The position numbers and the translations under genes are program-made. Source: Klebsormidium nitens (Eukaryota > Plantae > Klebsormidiophyceae). Taken from it: a stretch of DNA of 64,000 nucleotides. The stretch lies in the NCBI GenBank assembly GCA_000708835.1, contig DF237358.1, positions 1 through 64,000 on the forward strand, read 5' to 3'. Of the stretch, positions 43,095-56,700 are shown piece after piece. Position 1 is the first letter of the stretch. Each line of letters starts with the position of its first letter. The notes beneath the pieces are model-generated. The model did no database searches. It was not told the DNA's origin and saw only the letters and a list, made by a program, of their open reading frames with translations.

Positions 43095-46000
43095 ATGTCG
43101 TCGCAGTACGTGCCAAAAACCGTGTTGATCACTGGGGCAGCGGGGTTCATCGCTTCCCATGTTGCAAACAGGCTGGTCCGCAAGTAAGTTGCTAAAGCAA
43201 TTTCGGTCTCAGAAGTGCCTCCTTCAATTTTAAGTGCTAGACCTGCACTGCAGCAATTTGCAGAGTAAATTGCCGTGCAGAGTACATGCCTCTTTAGATC
43301 TGCTTCTGCTGAAATAATCAGTGGTATGAGAAAGACATCAAGCACTGGATCTGTGAGAATCTGTCTCTGACTTTCACGCCTTGGCTTCTGGTTGCTGAAA
43401 GGAATTCTTCCCCTGCAGGTACCCGGACTACAAGATCATTGTCCTAGACAAGTTGGACTACTGCTCTGACATCAAGAATCTAAATCCCTCTCGAGGAAAG
43501 CCAAACTTCAAGTTTATCAAGGGAGACATCGGCAGCGCCGATCTGGTCAACTATGTTCTCATGTCAGAGAACGTGGATACCATCATGCATTTTGCTGCAC
43601 AGACGCACGTCGACAACTCCTTTGGAAACTCCTTCACCTTCACGCAGAACAACATCTACGGCACTCATGTGAGTCTGGCAATTTTGTCCTCAATCGGCGA
43701 GATCTCAATGTGCTCCTGCTTAGCTGATCAATTGCCTCTGGTTATATCAGTGGTGCATCCGCAACCCAGCTTGGATTGTAGAATGGTTAAGCAGTTCTTA
43801 TTTTTTCCAAGTCAAATCATGAATATTGCGCCTCATTCCAATCCAATTCGTGCAGGTTCTTCTCGAGTCTTGCAAGCAGCTTGGAACCATCAAACGGTTC
43901 ATCCACGTGAGCACGGATGAGGTTTATGGTGAGCCTCTCCTCTTTCAGAAGAAACTTCCAGTTTCCTCTGCAAATTCTGTTGGTGACAGCTGAAGCTTTA
44001 GATGTGTCAACCATGGATCTCATGTGCAGCATCATAAGTGCCTTTGCGGATGAAGAGTGGTGCACAAACCTAAAGTGATCAACTTGAGAGCAGAGGCTTA
44101 GTCGCAGAAAACAGTTTTCATTCTGACGAGTCTGGCTGTCCTTGCAGGCGAGACTGAAGCAGATGCTCAGGTTGGCAACCACGAAGCTTCTCAGCTCCTT
44201 CCAACCAACCCCTATTCTGCTACTAAGGCCGGCGCTGAGATGCTTGTCATGGCTTATGGCCATAGCTACAAACTTCCCTTCATCACCACCCGGGGTAACA
44301 ACGTGTATGGTGAGGAGAACCCTAACTTTCTGCAAGCATTAGGAGAAGGTCATTCTTGCTCTGCAACTCTAGTCGATGATTCTAACGTACTTTAGGATCT
44401 GGCTAAACTCTTTTATTGTTGAACTTGCCTCGTTTTCGGAAGATGAGACTTTGACCAATACAAGCCATTTGCTGCAGGTCCCAATCAGTTCCCTGAGAAG
44501 CTCATTCCCAAGTTCCTCCTCCTGGCCATGGCTGGCAAGCCGCTGCCAATCCACGGAGATGGCTGCAACGTGCGCAGCTACCTGTATTGCGAGGATGTTG
44601 CTGGTATGAATCTCTTAACCCCTTGTCACATCATACTTGATGGTCGTCTGAAGCTGCCTACTTTCTGAAGATTGAATTTAGCAACGCTGTTTGATTTCAA
44701 ATTCCCCTGACCAGAAGGTGGTGCACAACAGGAATTCCAGCAGAAACTATGAAATTCGCCGGAGTCCCATCAACTGATCAAAGGTTAACGCAGTGTTTTT
44801 CTTTGATGCATTCTAGATCAGGTTGGCTGCATTCGCTGAGCTTCACATGTGTCTGTCTGCTCTGAAAGGGTGGTATGTAAGCTTATGTTTCCTGGTTGCA
44901 GAGGCTTTTGAGTGCATCCTCCACAAGGGTGAGATTGGCCATGTGTACAACATCGGTACACAGAAGGAGCGCCGGGTGAAGGATGTCGCTGGAGGTAAGC
45001 TAGATGACAAGTTATCGGTTTATGCTCTGATTGGATTCAACTTGCTAAGAGGACACTCTCCCTGCTGCGCCCTTTACCGTCAAAGGTATCTGCCGTTTTT
45101 TCCTGCTCCCTGTGATTGATTTGACAGCTCCGTCAACACCTTACTGATGCTTTCCTTCTGTGATAGCTCCACATAGGATCTGGTCTTAGTTCTACATCTT
45201 TGGTGCTGATTCTAGAATCTTGCACTAAATCCTCTCATTTTCCGCTGTCCAGACATCTGCAATTTGGTGGGCGTGGATTCGGAGAAGGTGGTTCACTTCG
45301 TGGAGAACCGGCCTTTCAATGATCAGCGGTACTTCCTGGACGACAAGAAGTTGAAGCAGCTAGGCTGGGAGGTGAGGTCCTCTGTGCCTGTCTGTTCTGC
45401 CTGAGACCTGGTGTTTCAAAGACATGTTCACTTTCCGGTCCTGAAACAGACACTTCCCATGAGAGTACCACAGGTCTGTGGTTGCGTGATGCGTCATAGC
45501 TGGGAGGATATAGTTTCCTGTCTGAATACTGTCATGGCTGAGTCAATGTGTAGTGGCTAGTTGCCAAAGCTGCACTTATGGCTAACTGTGGTTTGTACTT
45601 GGCTTGTTGCCCAAACTGCGCCTATGGATAAGATTGATTTGTACTTATTCTCTTTCTCAAAGACAAGGGCAGAAGGAGCGCAGCATTAAGAGTGACTCTT
45701 CTTCTGTAAGTGTAGACAAGAGGGGCGCATGAGCCAAATATGCATTCAGGAATGCGTGATGATTCTGGAATGCGAGATCCTGGAATGCAAATGATTTGAC
45801 ATGTACTCTTCCCAAGCATCGATTTTGAAGACGAGTTTTCGTGTCTGCCATCTCAGCCTTTGTGCTATGCGCTCATGCTAATTATTGAATTGACCCAGAA
45901 TTTGACCAGAGGGGGCCCAGGGGGACCCAAAGTTTGTTTGTTGTGTCTATTTGCGAGAGTTTGCAAGGGTCCCTGCTCAGTTGCACGCATATATTTGGTT

Positions 46001-48952
46001 CGCTTGTTTTCTGCTTGTCATCATTTGAATAACGTCAAACTCAGCTGAATGTGTGACACGCATCCAATCATGGAATAGAGGAGCGACAAATCCAGGTGCA
46101 GACCTTTCCTGAATCGACGAGTCACCTAAGCAGAGGTCACATCTTCTGTAGTTTTTACCCTGCAGGAGCGCACCTCGTGGAAGGATGGCCTCCAGAAGAC
46201 CATGGAGTGGTACCGCGACAACAAGGACTGGTGGGGTGATGTCTCTGGGGCGCTCGTTGCCCACCCTCGCCTTGGCGCAGGCGTCGGAAGCGCCTCCAGC
46301 AAGGACCTCAAGCTGGCCGTTGGAGTCGAGGAGGAGGAGAAGGCGGCCGGTGCCAGCAGCCCGCCCCCGACCACGACTCCCAAAATGGTGCACCCTTCCA
46401 TCACGCCCATCAGCGCCAAGGACAGCAACAAGCACCTCAAGTTCCTGATCTACGGCAGGTGAGCGTTGTGGGGGCTTGGCAGATGCGGGTGGTTCCGTTA
46501 ATCTACCTAGATCAAGGGTGGTTCAATGATGGTGTTAGTTTTGGATAATCTGCATGATTGGAAGAAGTCTCACTTGGCTGTGGCGATGGAGAGGAAGACA
46601 GGGTCTGGCTGAGGTGTCTTTGATCACTCGTGGAAGATATTGGTTGGGCTTGAAAGCGCGTGGCTAATAAGCTTGTGTTGAGGTCAGATATCAATGGCTT
46701 TGACTCGGGAGAAGTTTCTTACGGAAGTATGGTTAGTTCAAATCGAAGGACTACTCGGGCAGGCAGGCTGTATCAGAGAGCTGCTGTGAGGCTATTTTAT
46801 TGGTAACCGCATGTTGACTTGGAAACCGTTCCTCTCCCAGGACCGGCTGGATTGGTGGCCTCCTCGGCAAGATGTGCGCAGAGTTGGGGATCGACTACGA
46901 GTATGGCGCCAACAGACTGGAGGACCGGAGGGGAGTCGAGGAGGACATTGAGCGCGTGAAGCCGACGCACGTTTTCAACGCCGCTGGGGTCACTGGCCGG
47001 CCAAACGTCGACTGGTGCGAGACGCACAGACCCGAGACCATCAGGGCCAACGTCGTTGGGGTGCTGACGCTCGCCGATGTCACGCGAGAGCACAACCTCA
47101 ACCTGGTGAATTATGCCACCGGGTGCATCTTCGAGTACGACGACAAGCATCCCGAGGGTGAGGCGGCTAAGCTTCTCAGAGACCTGCAGCATTTGAAAGT
47201 GGTTGGAATGATGACAAGCTGTGATGTCACTGTCCTGTTTTGGACGATGTAGAGCAAGTGTGGCAGTCTCGTTGCTGGTTGTTGGAAACTGACAATCCGT
47301 CCTCCTTGTGCACTGCTCGGGTCACCTTTAGTCGGACAGACTGGTTGGTTGATCAAAGAGGAGATGCATCGTTGAATATTCGGAAGAGTTCAAATGCTGA
47401 ACGCCTCACTACATCCTCTGTGTCAATGTCGAGCTCGAAGTACTCTTGTCTTTGTCTACATGGATGAAAGCACGACCTGTACTTCGCATCTAAGCAAGCG
47501 CAGGATCCGTGTCACTTCTTGCGCAGGTTCGCATCCTCTTGCATACAATTGACGTTTGCAACCGATTGCAGGAAAGGGATCGCTGCGTTACATGAAAGGA
47601 TCAGCTGTGGAGCAATGTCTTACCGGTCTCCGCTGCTTACCCTTGCAGGCAGCGGCATCGGCTTCAAGGAGGAGGATTTCGCCAACTTCCGGGGCAGCTT
47701 CTACTCCAACACCAAGGCCATGGTGGAGGAGCTCCTGCGTGAGTACGACAACGTGTGCACGCTGCGCGTCCGGATGCCCATCAGCATCGACCTCGCCAAC
47801 CCCCGCAACTTCATCACCAAGATCGCGCGCTACGAGAAGGTCGTCAACATCCCCAACAGGTAAGCCAATGCTGCTGATTATGTGGGAATGGAGTCGTGCT
47901 AGGCCCTTGAAGCTCGGCACTTGTCCGGATTTTACTTCTCTGCCGGAGGGCGGGCTACCTGCCACTGGTGGAGCTTTTGAGTGCTATGCACAGACTGTCC
48001 ATCTGCTGTCAGTTGGTTTTGATTTGGCGTCGCTGTGCCTGCTTCGACATTCTGTATCTTTTGGCGTCATTATTTGCACGTGGCTTTTATTCTTTGTATC
48101 CTGAACTCTGCATCTGCATTGGAGCATTGTGGATTTTATCGCTCACCCTCAATGGACTCTGGTTCCGTTCTCCTGCTGTTCTGGTTCCATTCTGATTCCG
48201 TGTCTTGATGATCACTGCTAACATCCTCGAATCCTCTGCGCCATCCAGCATGACTGTCCTGGACGAGCTCCTCCCGCTCTCCATCGAGATGGCCAAGCGT
48301 GGCCTGACTGGCATCTGGAATTTCACCAACCCTGGCGTCATCAGCCACAACGAGGTGCTCCAGCTCTACAAGGAGTTCATCAAGCCCGACTTCTCCTGGA
48401 AGGTACGCGCACAAAGTGCTCAATTGGGTTCAAGACGTTCTTGCGCCTCTGAAGAGCCACCCGTTTACGTTGTCTCAAGCAAAGTCGTCCGATCTCTGTT
48501 GAGTGGTTGCTGATCAGTTATATGGAGGTTCGCGTTGTGAACAGAGCGTCTGATTGAAAGACAAAACCACTAAGGGTAAGACAACCGGGTAAGACTTCGT
48601 TTTCAGCCAATGCCTCAGTTATTGTCCCTGAGGCATAGGTTTCGTATCTGGAAATCGCAAAATGTTGCAGCCAGGCGATTCCACTGCCACAACAAATCTC
48701 TAAACGCCCCTTCTCCATCTGCCGCAGAACTTCACCCTCGAGGAGCAGGCCAAGGTCATCGTGGCTGCCCGGAGCAACAACGAGTTGGACATGTCCAAGA
48801 TGAAGAAGGAGTTCCCCAGCCTCCTCGGGATCAAGGAGTCCCTGGTCAAGTACGTCTTCGAGCCCAACAAGAAGGCCCTTGAAGCGCAGAAGGCCAATGG
48901 AGGATCTCTGAACGTCGTCCCGCCTCCCACTCCTGACTTCAGCCGCAAGTAG
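43095..48952 (+). CDS. RHM: UDP-L-rhamnose synthase (UDP-glucose 4,6-dehydratase fused to 3,5-epimerase/4-reductase)
   Basis: TGAAGFIASHV, HFAAQTHVDNSFGNS, PTNPYSATKAGAE, TRGNNVYG; second domain KFLIYGRTGWIGG, GVTGRPNVDWCE, PRNFITKI, RSNNELD. Confidence 0.96.
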
Positions 48953-49030
48953 ATAACGGCTAACTCAGCCCAAGTAACTACTAGTAGCGCTGACATACTG
49001 CAGATTCCAAACCGTATCCGGGAACGGTGC

Positions 49031-49112
49031 CCTTGTGGCTTTCATGGTTCGTTCTAGGACTGTGTACGAGAACCTTGTGGCTTTTAGGGTTCGTTCTAGG
49101 ACTGTGTACGAG
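49031..49112 (+). repeat. 40-bp direct duplication in the RHM 3' region
   Basis: ccttgtggcttt(c/t)a(t/g)ggttcgttctaggactgtgtacgag at 49031-49070 and 49073-49112. Confidence 0.9.
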
Positions 49113-50785
49113 GTGACAGACAGGCTCTAGGCTACTTCTGCAGTATATCCTGGTTCCATCACAAGCTAGTCAATGTAGAAATAAGCGACGTGCGACCATT
49201 AGTATGTGGTCGTATTTATGCTAGAAAGTTTACAGAACCGTCCATTACGTAAAGCGCTGCCAAGAGTCTGGATCCACCAGTATCCGCTAAACCGAGTTTG
49301 ATCTTGATCGTTCGTACGAGCTCCATGACATGTAGTTGAGGTGTATCAATATTGGCCGGGTGTGGTCATTATGATGCATTGCATGCGAGAAAAATGATCG
49401 TACGCACCAGCTTCGGATTTCTACATGTACGTGGTTAGTGGCAACAGTGACTTGGTGATTTGTCGAATCAGTTTAATAAGGATTCGTTGTTTGGGCGGCT
49501 TCATGCATTATGCATTGAATTAAGCCTGAAGGTCTAGTAGTTTAGTGTTCCATATGTTGTCCAGCATGTCTTCGTTTTATGGGCCCCAGTCACGTCACTG
49601 CATGCGCGTACCAAATGACTCATCATTCAGATTCACATTGAGAATGCCAGCTTGCAATTGCAGGCCGCTGCTGGGTCACTGTGATATATATATAGCACTG
49701 CAGGCAGGCTGAGCTGGCATGTCGCGGTGGGTAAGTTAATTGACGTTTCGCATGCAAGTCTTGAAGATATATGGATCGAGTTATTTATCACGTATGTCAC
49801 TCATGCACTAGCTCGATCTAGCTTATATATCTTTTGGCACTCAAAGTAAGCTAGCCTGGCAATGAATGATCGCATGCATCATCAGCTATGCAAAAGTGCA
49901 TGAGTACGTGCAACCTTTATATGTCTTTTCATACACGGTGTAAAAAAGATATATACCGTATATCGCACTAGCCCGCCACCGGGCCGCGCGGCCACCATCC
50001 GATCACGTGCTTGCCACAATCTCACAGGCGAGCCCGACTTCCGAGTTGCCTGGCAAGTTAACTTAGCAATGAGTCAGATACAGGCGGTTAGTACGCATGC
50101 CGCAGGGCGCGCAGGCCAGCTGTGCAAAGGCCGGCCAAGATTGATTGGTAGTTCCAACGGTTGAGTCCTCACTGTCACTTGGCGGCGACATGCCGCGCTT
50201 GCAGTTCATCGAACCTTTGCATGCTGGACGGCCGCACTGTCTTTGACACACATTATACTATCGGCACATGCTCGGCGATCGAGTTACATATTGATTAAGA
50301 TGCTTCGATGCTCGTCGGGCAAAGGGCACTGCTCATTAGTCGAGCAGATGCAGTGCACCATTGACTCACTGCCACGTTGGGGGACTGAGCAGTCCGCCGG
50401 GCTATCCATGAGTAGGGCTCGCAACTTGTGTGTGCACTGAACTTTTAGCGGCAAGATGCTCCGCTTTCATTACGTTAATCATGCTGTAAATCAAAAACTG
50501 ATCGAGACGAGCGAGTCCTTTTCTACAACGCCCGGGAATCAAATAGAGTTGCTCGAAAGTTGAGTACTGGAGAGAAAACGTCATCCAGACGTGCACATGT
50601 ATCAAACAATGTATGGATAAAGTCACAGCTGAGAAGGGACCCAATGCCCGCAACCCCCTCGCCTCAAGCTAATAAGAACTCGCAAGTAAGCTTGTACTGT
50701 AATTAATTCGCAGGTTGTGCGCAAGAATATTTACGCTTTCGTACACCTGCACAATTCTTTCGTATTTTAACAGCGGCAAATATTG

Positions 50786-53700
50786 TCATCTCCAGATATG
50801 TATCTTGCCCCCCGAGACCCCCCCCGCTATGATTGGCATCAACGGATGAACCGCATTCCGGGCAGGGATTGTGGGCATTTGCTCGCTAGCCAGCCTCTTC
50901 AAGTGCTTGCTTTCGACGTTGACGATGTCGATTGCCTGCAATATATATAATGTCAGAATCACTTTGAGAAAAGGTATAGCCATAAAATACGGCAATCTTG
51001 TACTCCTCTTGATGCGCACCGATACAACTGAACGATATGCGCGAGAAGCTACACCGATCACCGGCTGCGGTCCTGAAAGAAGAGGGGTTACCTTCAGGGA
51101 ACTGTACGAAGCTCCTCCCGCCACCACCCTTACGGAAAAGTCAGAGAGACGCCCTTTCTTTGCTGTTCGCGACAAAAGAGCGCCATGCGGCGAACGAGCG
51201 TCGAAACGTCCGATTGCTCTTTCTCAACCAGAAAGAAAAGCACTGCTCTCTCAACAATCACGCTGTTCAGCTACTATTGACTGTCAAAGGTGACCAAGAT
51301 TGGGGGTCTCTAGTTTGACCAAGCTTACCCGGTTCATGCTCCCAACTGCCACGTGCCGGTTATCCCAGGTCCACACGGCCCGGAAGGACGAGATCCAACG
51401 GCCCGTGTTGTTGTAGTGGCTGATCAACAACGGCTGTGGCGGCGTAACTTTGGAGACGACATGTTCGAGAGAGTCGAGCATGCCGTCGTAGATGCGGATG
51501 TAGTTATCGTAACTGCAAACAGGGGTTTTGACTAACAGGGGTTAATAAGAGGCATGACTTGAAAACGATTCTAATTTCAGTGCTGGAAACGAGAAGCGAT
51601 GACAAGAACGTTAGCTAAAACAAACACTGGGAAGTGGAGAGCACCAAGCGGATAACGAGGGCACACACAAAGCAGAAACTCCGGACAAGTGACGATGATC
51701 CAAGTTTGGGCACCCAAGCTCGATCGCTGCGCCCTTTTTCCGAGTTTCGGAACAAAGTGTCGCGGGTTTTTCTGCACCGGTTTGCAGCGAACCTCGTTTG
51801 CCAAGCTCAATGTGAAACTGTGACGAAGTAATTACTACAACGGTGAAACTACAGACTCCTGACGTCACGGTTTCTCGAAACTTCCATCTCAAAATTCCAT
51901 CTCAAAACCATCCCATTCCTAGTATTCCATACCTGGTCGAAGCGAGTTTGTCTCCGTCCGGGGAGAAGTAGATGGAGTTGACCGCCTTCACGTGCGGCAG
52001 ACTGGCCAACGGGTGGATCACTTTCTTCGTCCCGCTCTCGGGAAGTTTTCGGACGTCCCAAATGTGGGCCATCGCGTCCGTTCCGCCCGTGACGAAGATG
52101 TGGCTGCGGTGTGGGTTAAACTGCAACCCGAGGTTCCATCGTCATCTACTTTGACCAACATGAAGTAAAGTGGTTTGATACATATTTCAATCAAAATGAG
52201 TGGAATTCAGGTTGATTCACAATGCTTGAGGCAGTTTTCGGACGTCCAAATGTGCGCAAATGTACCGCCCGTGACGAAGATGTGGCTGCGGTGCGGGTTA
52301 AACTGCAAATACAAGGTTTATATTTGTAGGCTTTGACGAACATAAAGCTAGCGTGGTTACCAAAAGGTCTCAATCAAGACTGTTAGAAACAGGTTATGCA
52401 ATCTGCTGAGGCAGTTTTCACCCTCCGTTTTCAGACGAGTCAAAAATAAGCAACCACGCCCATACATCGCGAAAGGAGGGCGTGACTGCGGGTGCGCCCC
52501 AAGTAGTTATGCTCCAGGTTAGTGATGACCTGGGTCTCGATTTGCCCCAAACGCGGTTCGCAGACGCCCTCCGCTACGTCATAAGTGCGCATGCGAGCGG
52601 TGGAACAGGCTTTACTGTTTGAGGTTAGGAATCATATAATAGAGCTCACGGAATGTGTCCAAGATCTCGGCAGCTTAAGCAAACCCGTCTGACAAACATC
52701 GCAACAGCTCCACGAAGCTTGCTGACAGTCCTCCACTTTAATCAAAAAGGAGAGCTACGTTCGATCTCAGATGAAAGCGGAAATCGGAACGCGGGATGCA
52801 TAACCGGAAGCTGCAAAGTAAAGGTGAAATTTGGAACCTATATGGGGACGAGGACGGGAAACTCAATCGTGATCTAAACGGAAGCGAGAGCAGGACCTGA
52901 GAATGAAAAGGGAAGATGATTAAATCCGCAGCTCACGTCAATGGTGTTGATCTTCCGCCCGTGCATCTGGTACGTCACCTGGGCCGTCGATGCCCTCAGA
53001 TCGACGACCGTGAGCGCGCCCAGTCCGTCCCCTACGTACGCCACGTGGCCGCCGTCCACTGGCCCGAGACTCATCGCGCTGAAATCCGACTCTTCGTCTA
53101 CGTACGCCTCGTCGAAAACGCCCTTTTCGACGTCGAGAACGCGGAGGGAGCCGTCGAAGCTGCACGAGTAGAGCTTGGTGCAGTCGCGGTTCGACACGGC
53201 GAGCGCCGAAATGGGTTTTGGCCCCACGTTGAACACGTGGACGCCGTCGTTCTGTAATGGGAGGGACCAGGTTGTCAACGACTGCGTAGATTGAAGACCT
53301 CAGATTGTACTTGCAGACGGCTTGCTGTGCAATCGTATAATGACGGTAAACATTGCAACATGCTTTCACATTAGGCGTGTGTGGTAAGCTTTCCCACTGG
53401 GGGCTCTGCTTGCCGTCTTCTGGGCAGACTCCTGTGGCTTTGAAAGTGCATGATCTTTGAGTTCATACACAAAGCAAGAAGTTGGTAACGAGAGGAGCCG
53501 GGTGCAGAATTGAGGGCCTGAAAAATAGGCTTCACTAAGTGCAAACCGATCCAACAGCCGGCTCCTCCAGGGAGGAGAAAGCGGATGGGTCATGATGTCC
53601 AAGAGAAAAGAGACTGGCCCCCAACTCAACAAAGGGCACAAACCAAGTTAAAAGGCCGTCGGGTAGGGTATGGAAGTATGTTTACGTCTCAGGGAGCGGA

Positions 53701-56700
53701 ATTTTTTCGACTTTTAGAGGCCACTCGAAGGAGCATCTACTGTAGGAAATGAAAGCAACGAGAGAATGGCTTCTCAAGAACACTTGACTGCAGAAATAGA
53801 GAAACGATCTTTAGAAAAATCGTGTAGGAGCGGTGGACACGGTAACTTTGACTCTCTTCTTACAACGGAACGGGTTTTTACAGCGGTATGGAGAGCATTG
53901 TAATGCATGCGTTTACTGGTCTGGATTACAAAGCGGAAGCCACCAGGTATCGCAGAGTGCGCAGTAAGTATCAAGCGAGAGAGTCCACATGTATTCACTC
54001 TCGTCACCGAAACCAATCCGTATATTGGGGATATTTTTCCAGAACATACCCCAGACAACCCAACACCAAAGTCTGTTAGAATTGCAACCTTAACGCAACC
54101 GGATGCCTGCCTCCACGTCCCAATATCCGACGACTCACGCTCTTTTCCCCGCCGCCAAAACCAGTTTCGTCAAAATCCCCTCCAATACCCAGTCTCAAAA
54201 CATGTCATATCTTCTCACAGACAACCCACTACAAAAAACAAGCAGTTCTTCCCAAAGTAACCCACTCTCGATTACTGAAACGTACCGTGTCTTTCGCGTC
54301 AACGTCCCAGATCCCGAGCCCCCCGCTCTTATCCCCCGCCGCAACGATCACTTTCTCGGTCGTGGGAAAAAAGGCCACAGCAAATATGCGATCTTTCACC
54401 ACTCGTGCCACGTCACTCTCGCGCAGCGTCAGCTTTGTCGGATCCACGGATGGGGCTTCCGCCGCTCTGTACAGGAAGAAATTGATAGATAACCATTAAA
54501 TTCTATCCAAAACCGGCAAGAGTTTGACGTCAACACGCACGCCGCGTCACTCTCGCGCAGCGTCAGCTTGGTCGGATCCACGGATAAAATCTCCGCCGCT
54601 CTGCACAAAGAAGAAGTTTCGACGAGCTTAAAACCCTTTGGTTGTCGGCAGAAGTCTGACGTCACTACCCAGGCCACGTGTCTCTCGCGCAGCGTTAGCT
54701 TGGCCAAATCCACAGCTGAGGCTTCCGCCGCTCTGCACCAAAGGTAAGATCAACACCTTTTCAGTAATTTCCGCTCACTCAATTCTTGACCAGGTTGTGC
54801 GCGTTACTAGCTGCAACACATCGCTCTTGCGGAGCGTCAGCTTTGCGGACCTACCGACGAGGCTTCCGGCAGTGAACCAAAACAGAACGACCTGGCGTCA
54901 TCAATAGCCCGAAGGTAATATGACCACCTCAAGTAGCCGACAGATCACCAAAGGACTGGCCTGCCAATTCCGTTGATGGGTTCTCCGTGGCTTAGCCGTA
55001 TTTGTGAAATCAGTTTTGCTGTCGTCATCACTGTGCGAAAGCTGCTGATCTAGATTCATATCGTTCACAATCACCTCCATCCGGGACCTTTTTTTTTCTC
55101 TGCTTTTAAAAGTTGGATCTTTCCGAAAGTAAAACCGCTGCTTCTATTGCTGAAGTCACAATCGAACCAGTCGAAAATCTGATTCAACGAGTACGACCGC
55201 AATGAACCTCGCAGAGCAACCGCTTTTACTCCCCGCAACGCGGGACGAGGTCTGTTCCACAACCCAGAGATTTCGAAGACTTAGTTGTCAGCACTAACCC
55301 TCATGCCGCAGCTCGAAGATTTCTGCCCAGCACCCCCGATCGCCCTCACTTTTCTCAAGGGCCGGTCATTCTGATCCACCGTTTCACCCATTGGCGTCAA
55401 ACGTCGATGGTCCTTGATTCATGATTTTCAGCAGAAGGCCTCACTACTCGAGATGCTACACCCACCTCTTCCTCAGCGGTTGGTCGTCCCTCAACCGCTT
55501 CAAAACGTCCAAGAACGCAGCGTCCGACGCCGGATCGTCCGTGTTACTGCTTTCGAATTTGATGGGGCCCTGTATCCGCCGCTTCTCCTCCCACGGGGCT
55601 GGCGTCGCTGCCGCCGGCCGCCGGAACGGGGCCTCCTGCCCGTGAAGCACGACGGAGCCGTCGCGGTTCTCGCGCTCGATGCCGAGAGACTCGGGCGCAA
55701 TGTGCTGGAATGGAAAAAGTGACCGGCATTGCATTCAAGTTCGAAACGTTGGAGCTTAACAATGGTCTAGGATGTGGTGGACTGAAACAGTACCCGGTTT
55801 CGATTTTGAAACGTTGAAAAAGCAGACTCTTTTTGGTCGGTCCAGATGTGCTGGAATGGAAAGAATTGACCGGGTGCCGATTCGATACATCAAAGAACTT
55901 GGATCTCTTATGGTCCGTTTGTTTTGATTGCTTGAAGCGGAGCTGGTTTGAGAGGAGTGACTGGAATATTGAGCAGACTGGGATTTGTCGAAGTCGAGGT
56001 TCTTGCAAACTTCAAGTCCGATCTTCTGATCGGTTTGGATTGTGCTGCATGAAATGGAAGAGGTCACCAAGTTCCGATTCCCACACGTCAAAGGGTTCGG
56101 ATCCCTTGCAGGTCTAATTTGGATCGGTTTAGGGTGTCCTGGAAACTGTGGATTCGAGCAGAAAAGCGAGTCAAGCTACTCAAGCAGCTAAACAGTAGTG
56201 ATCATCGAAACCCTCGATGTCCACTTTTACACAGATCTGGACAGTTCGTCTGCGAGTTCTCGTCAGAGTAACCCCGAAACCCCTAATCAAATCCTTAAAA
56301 ACACTGAACTTCTTGATCTGGAAGCCGGACTATCCAAGAACCGTAGGATATGAAAGTTTAACCAACCTGGATTCTAGACGACCTCCGGACTTCCACCGGT
56401 TCCTTCTTCTCTTTCTTTGCTCGCACCGTCTGCAACCCTTTGGCGGCCGCCCTGCATCCAATATATATTCATCGACTTAGACGAATCAAAATGCGGCTTA
56501 AAGCCTTCAACAGGTCCCCACGCGGGCTTTGAACAGTGTTTAGTTTGACAATACCGTTGAAAGGCCCTTGGCAGCCGCTCTCTCCAGGCGAAATAATCTA
56601 CTTGCACAAATCCTGCAAGTGACGGCTTGCACAACCTGCAATACTATTGTCCCTCAACAACCCAAGATAGTGACAGTTGTGGTTTATGGTCTCACGGTCG

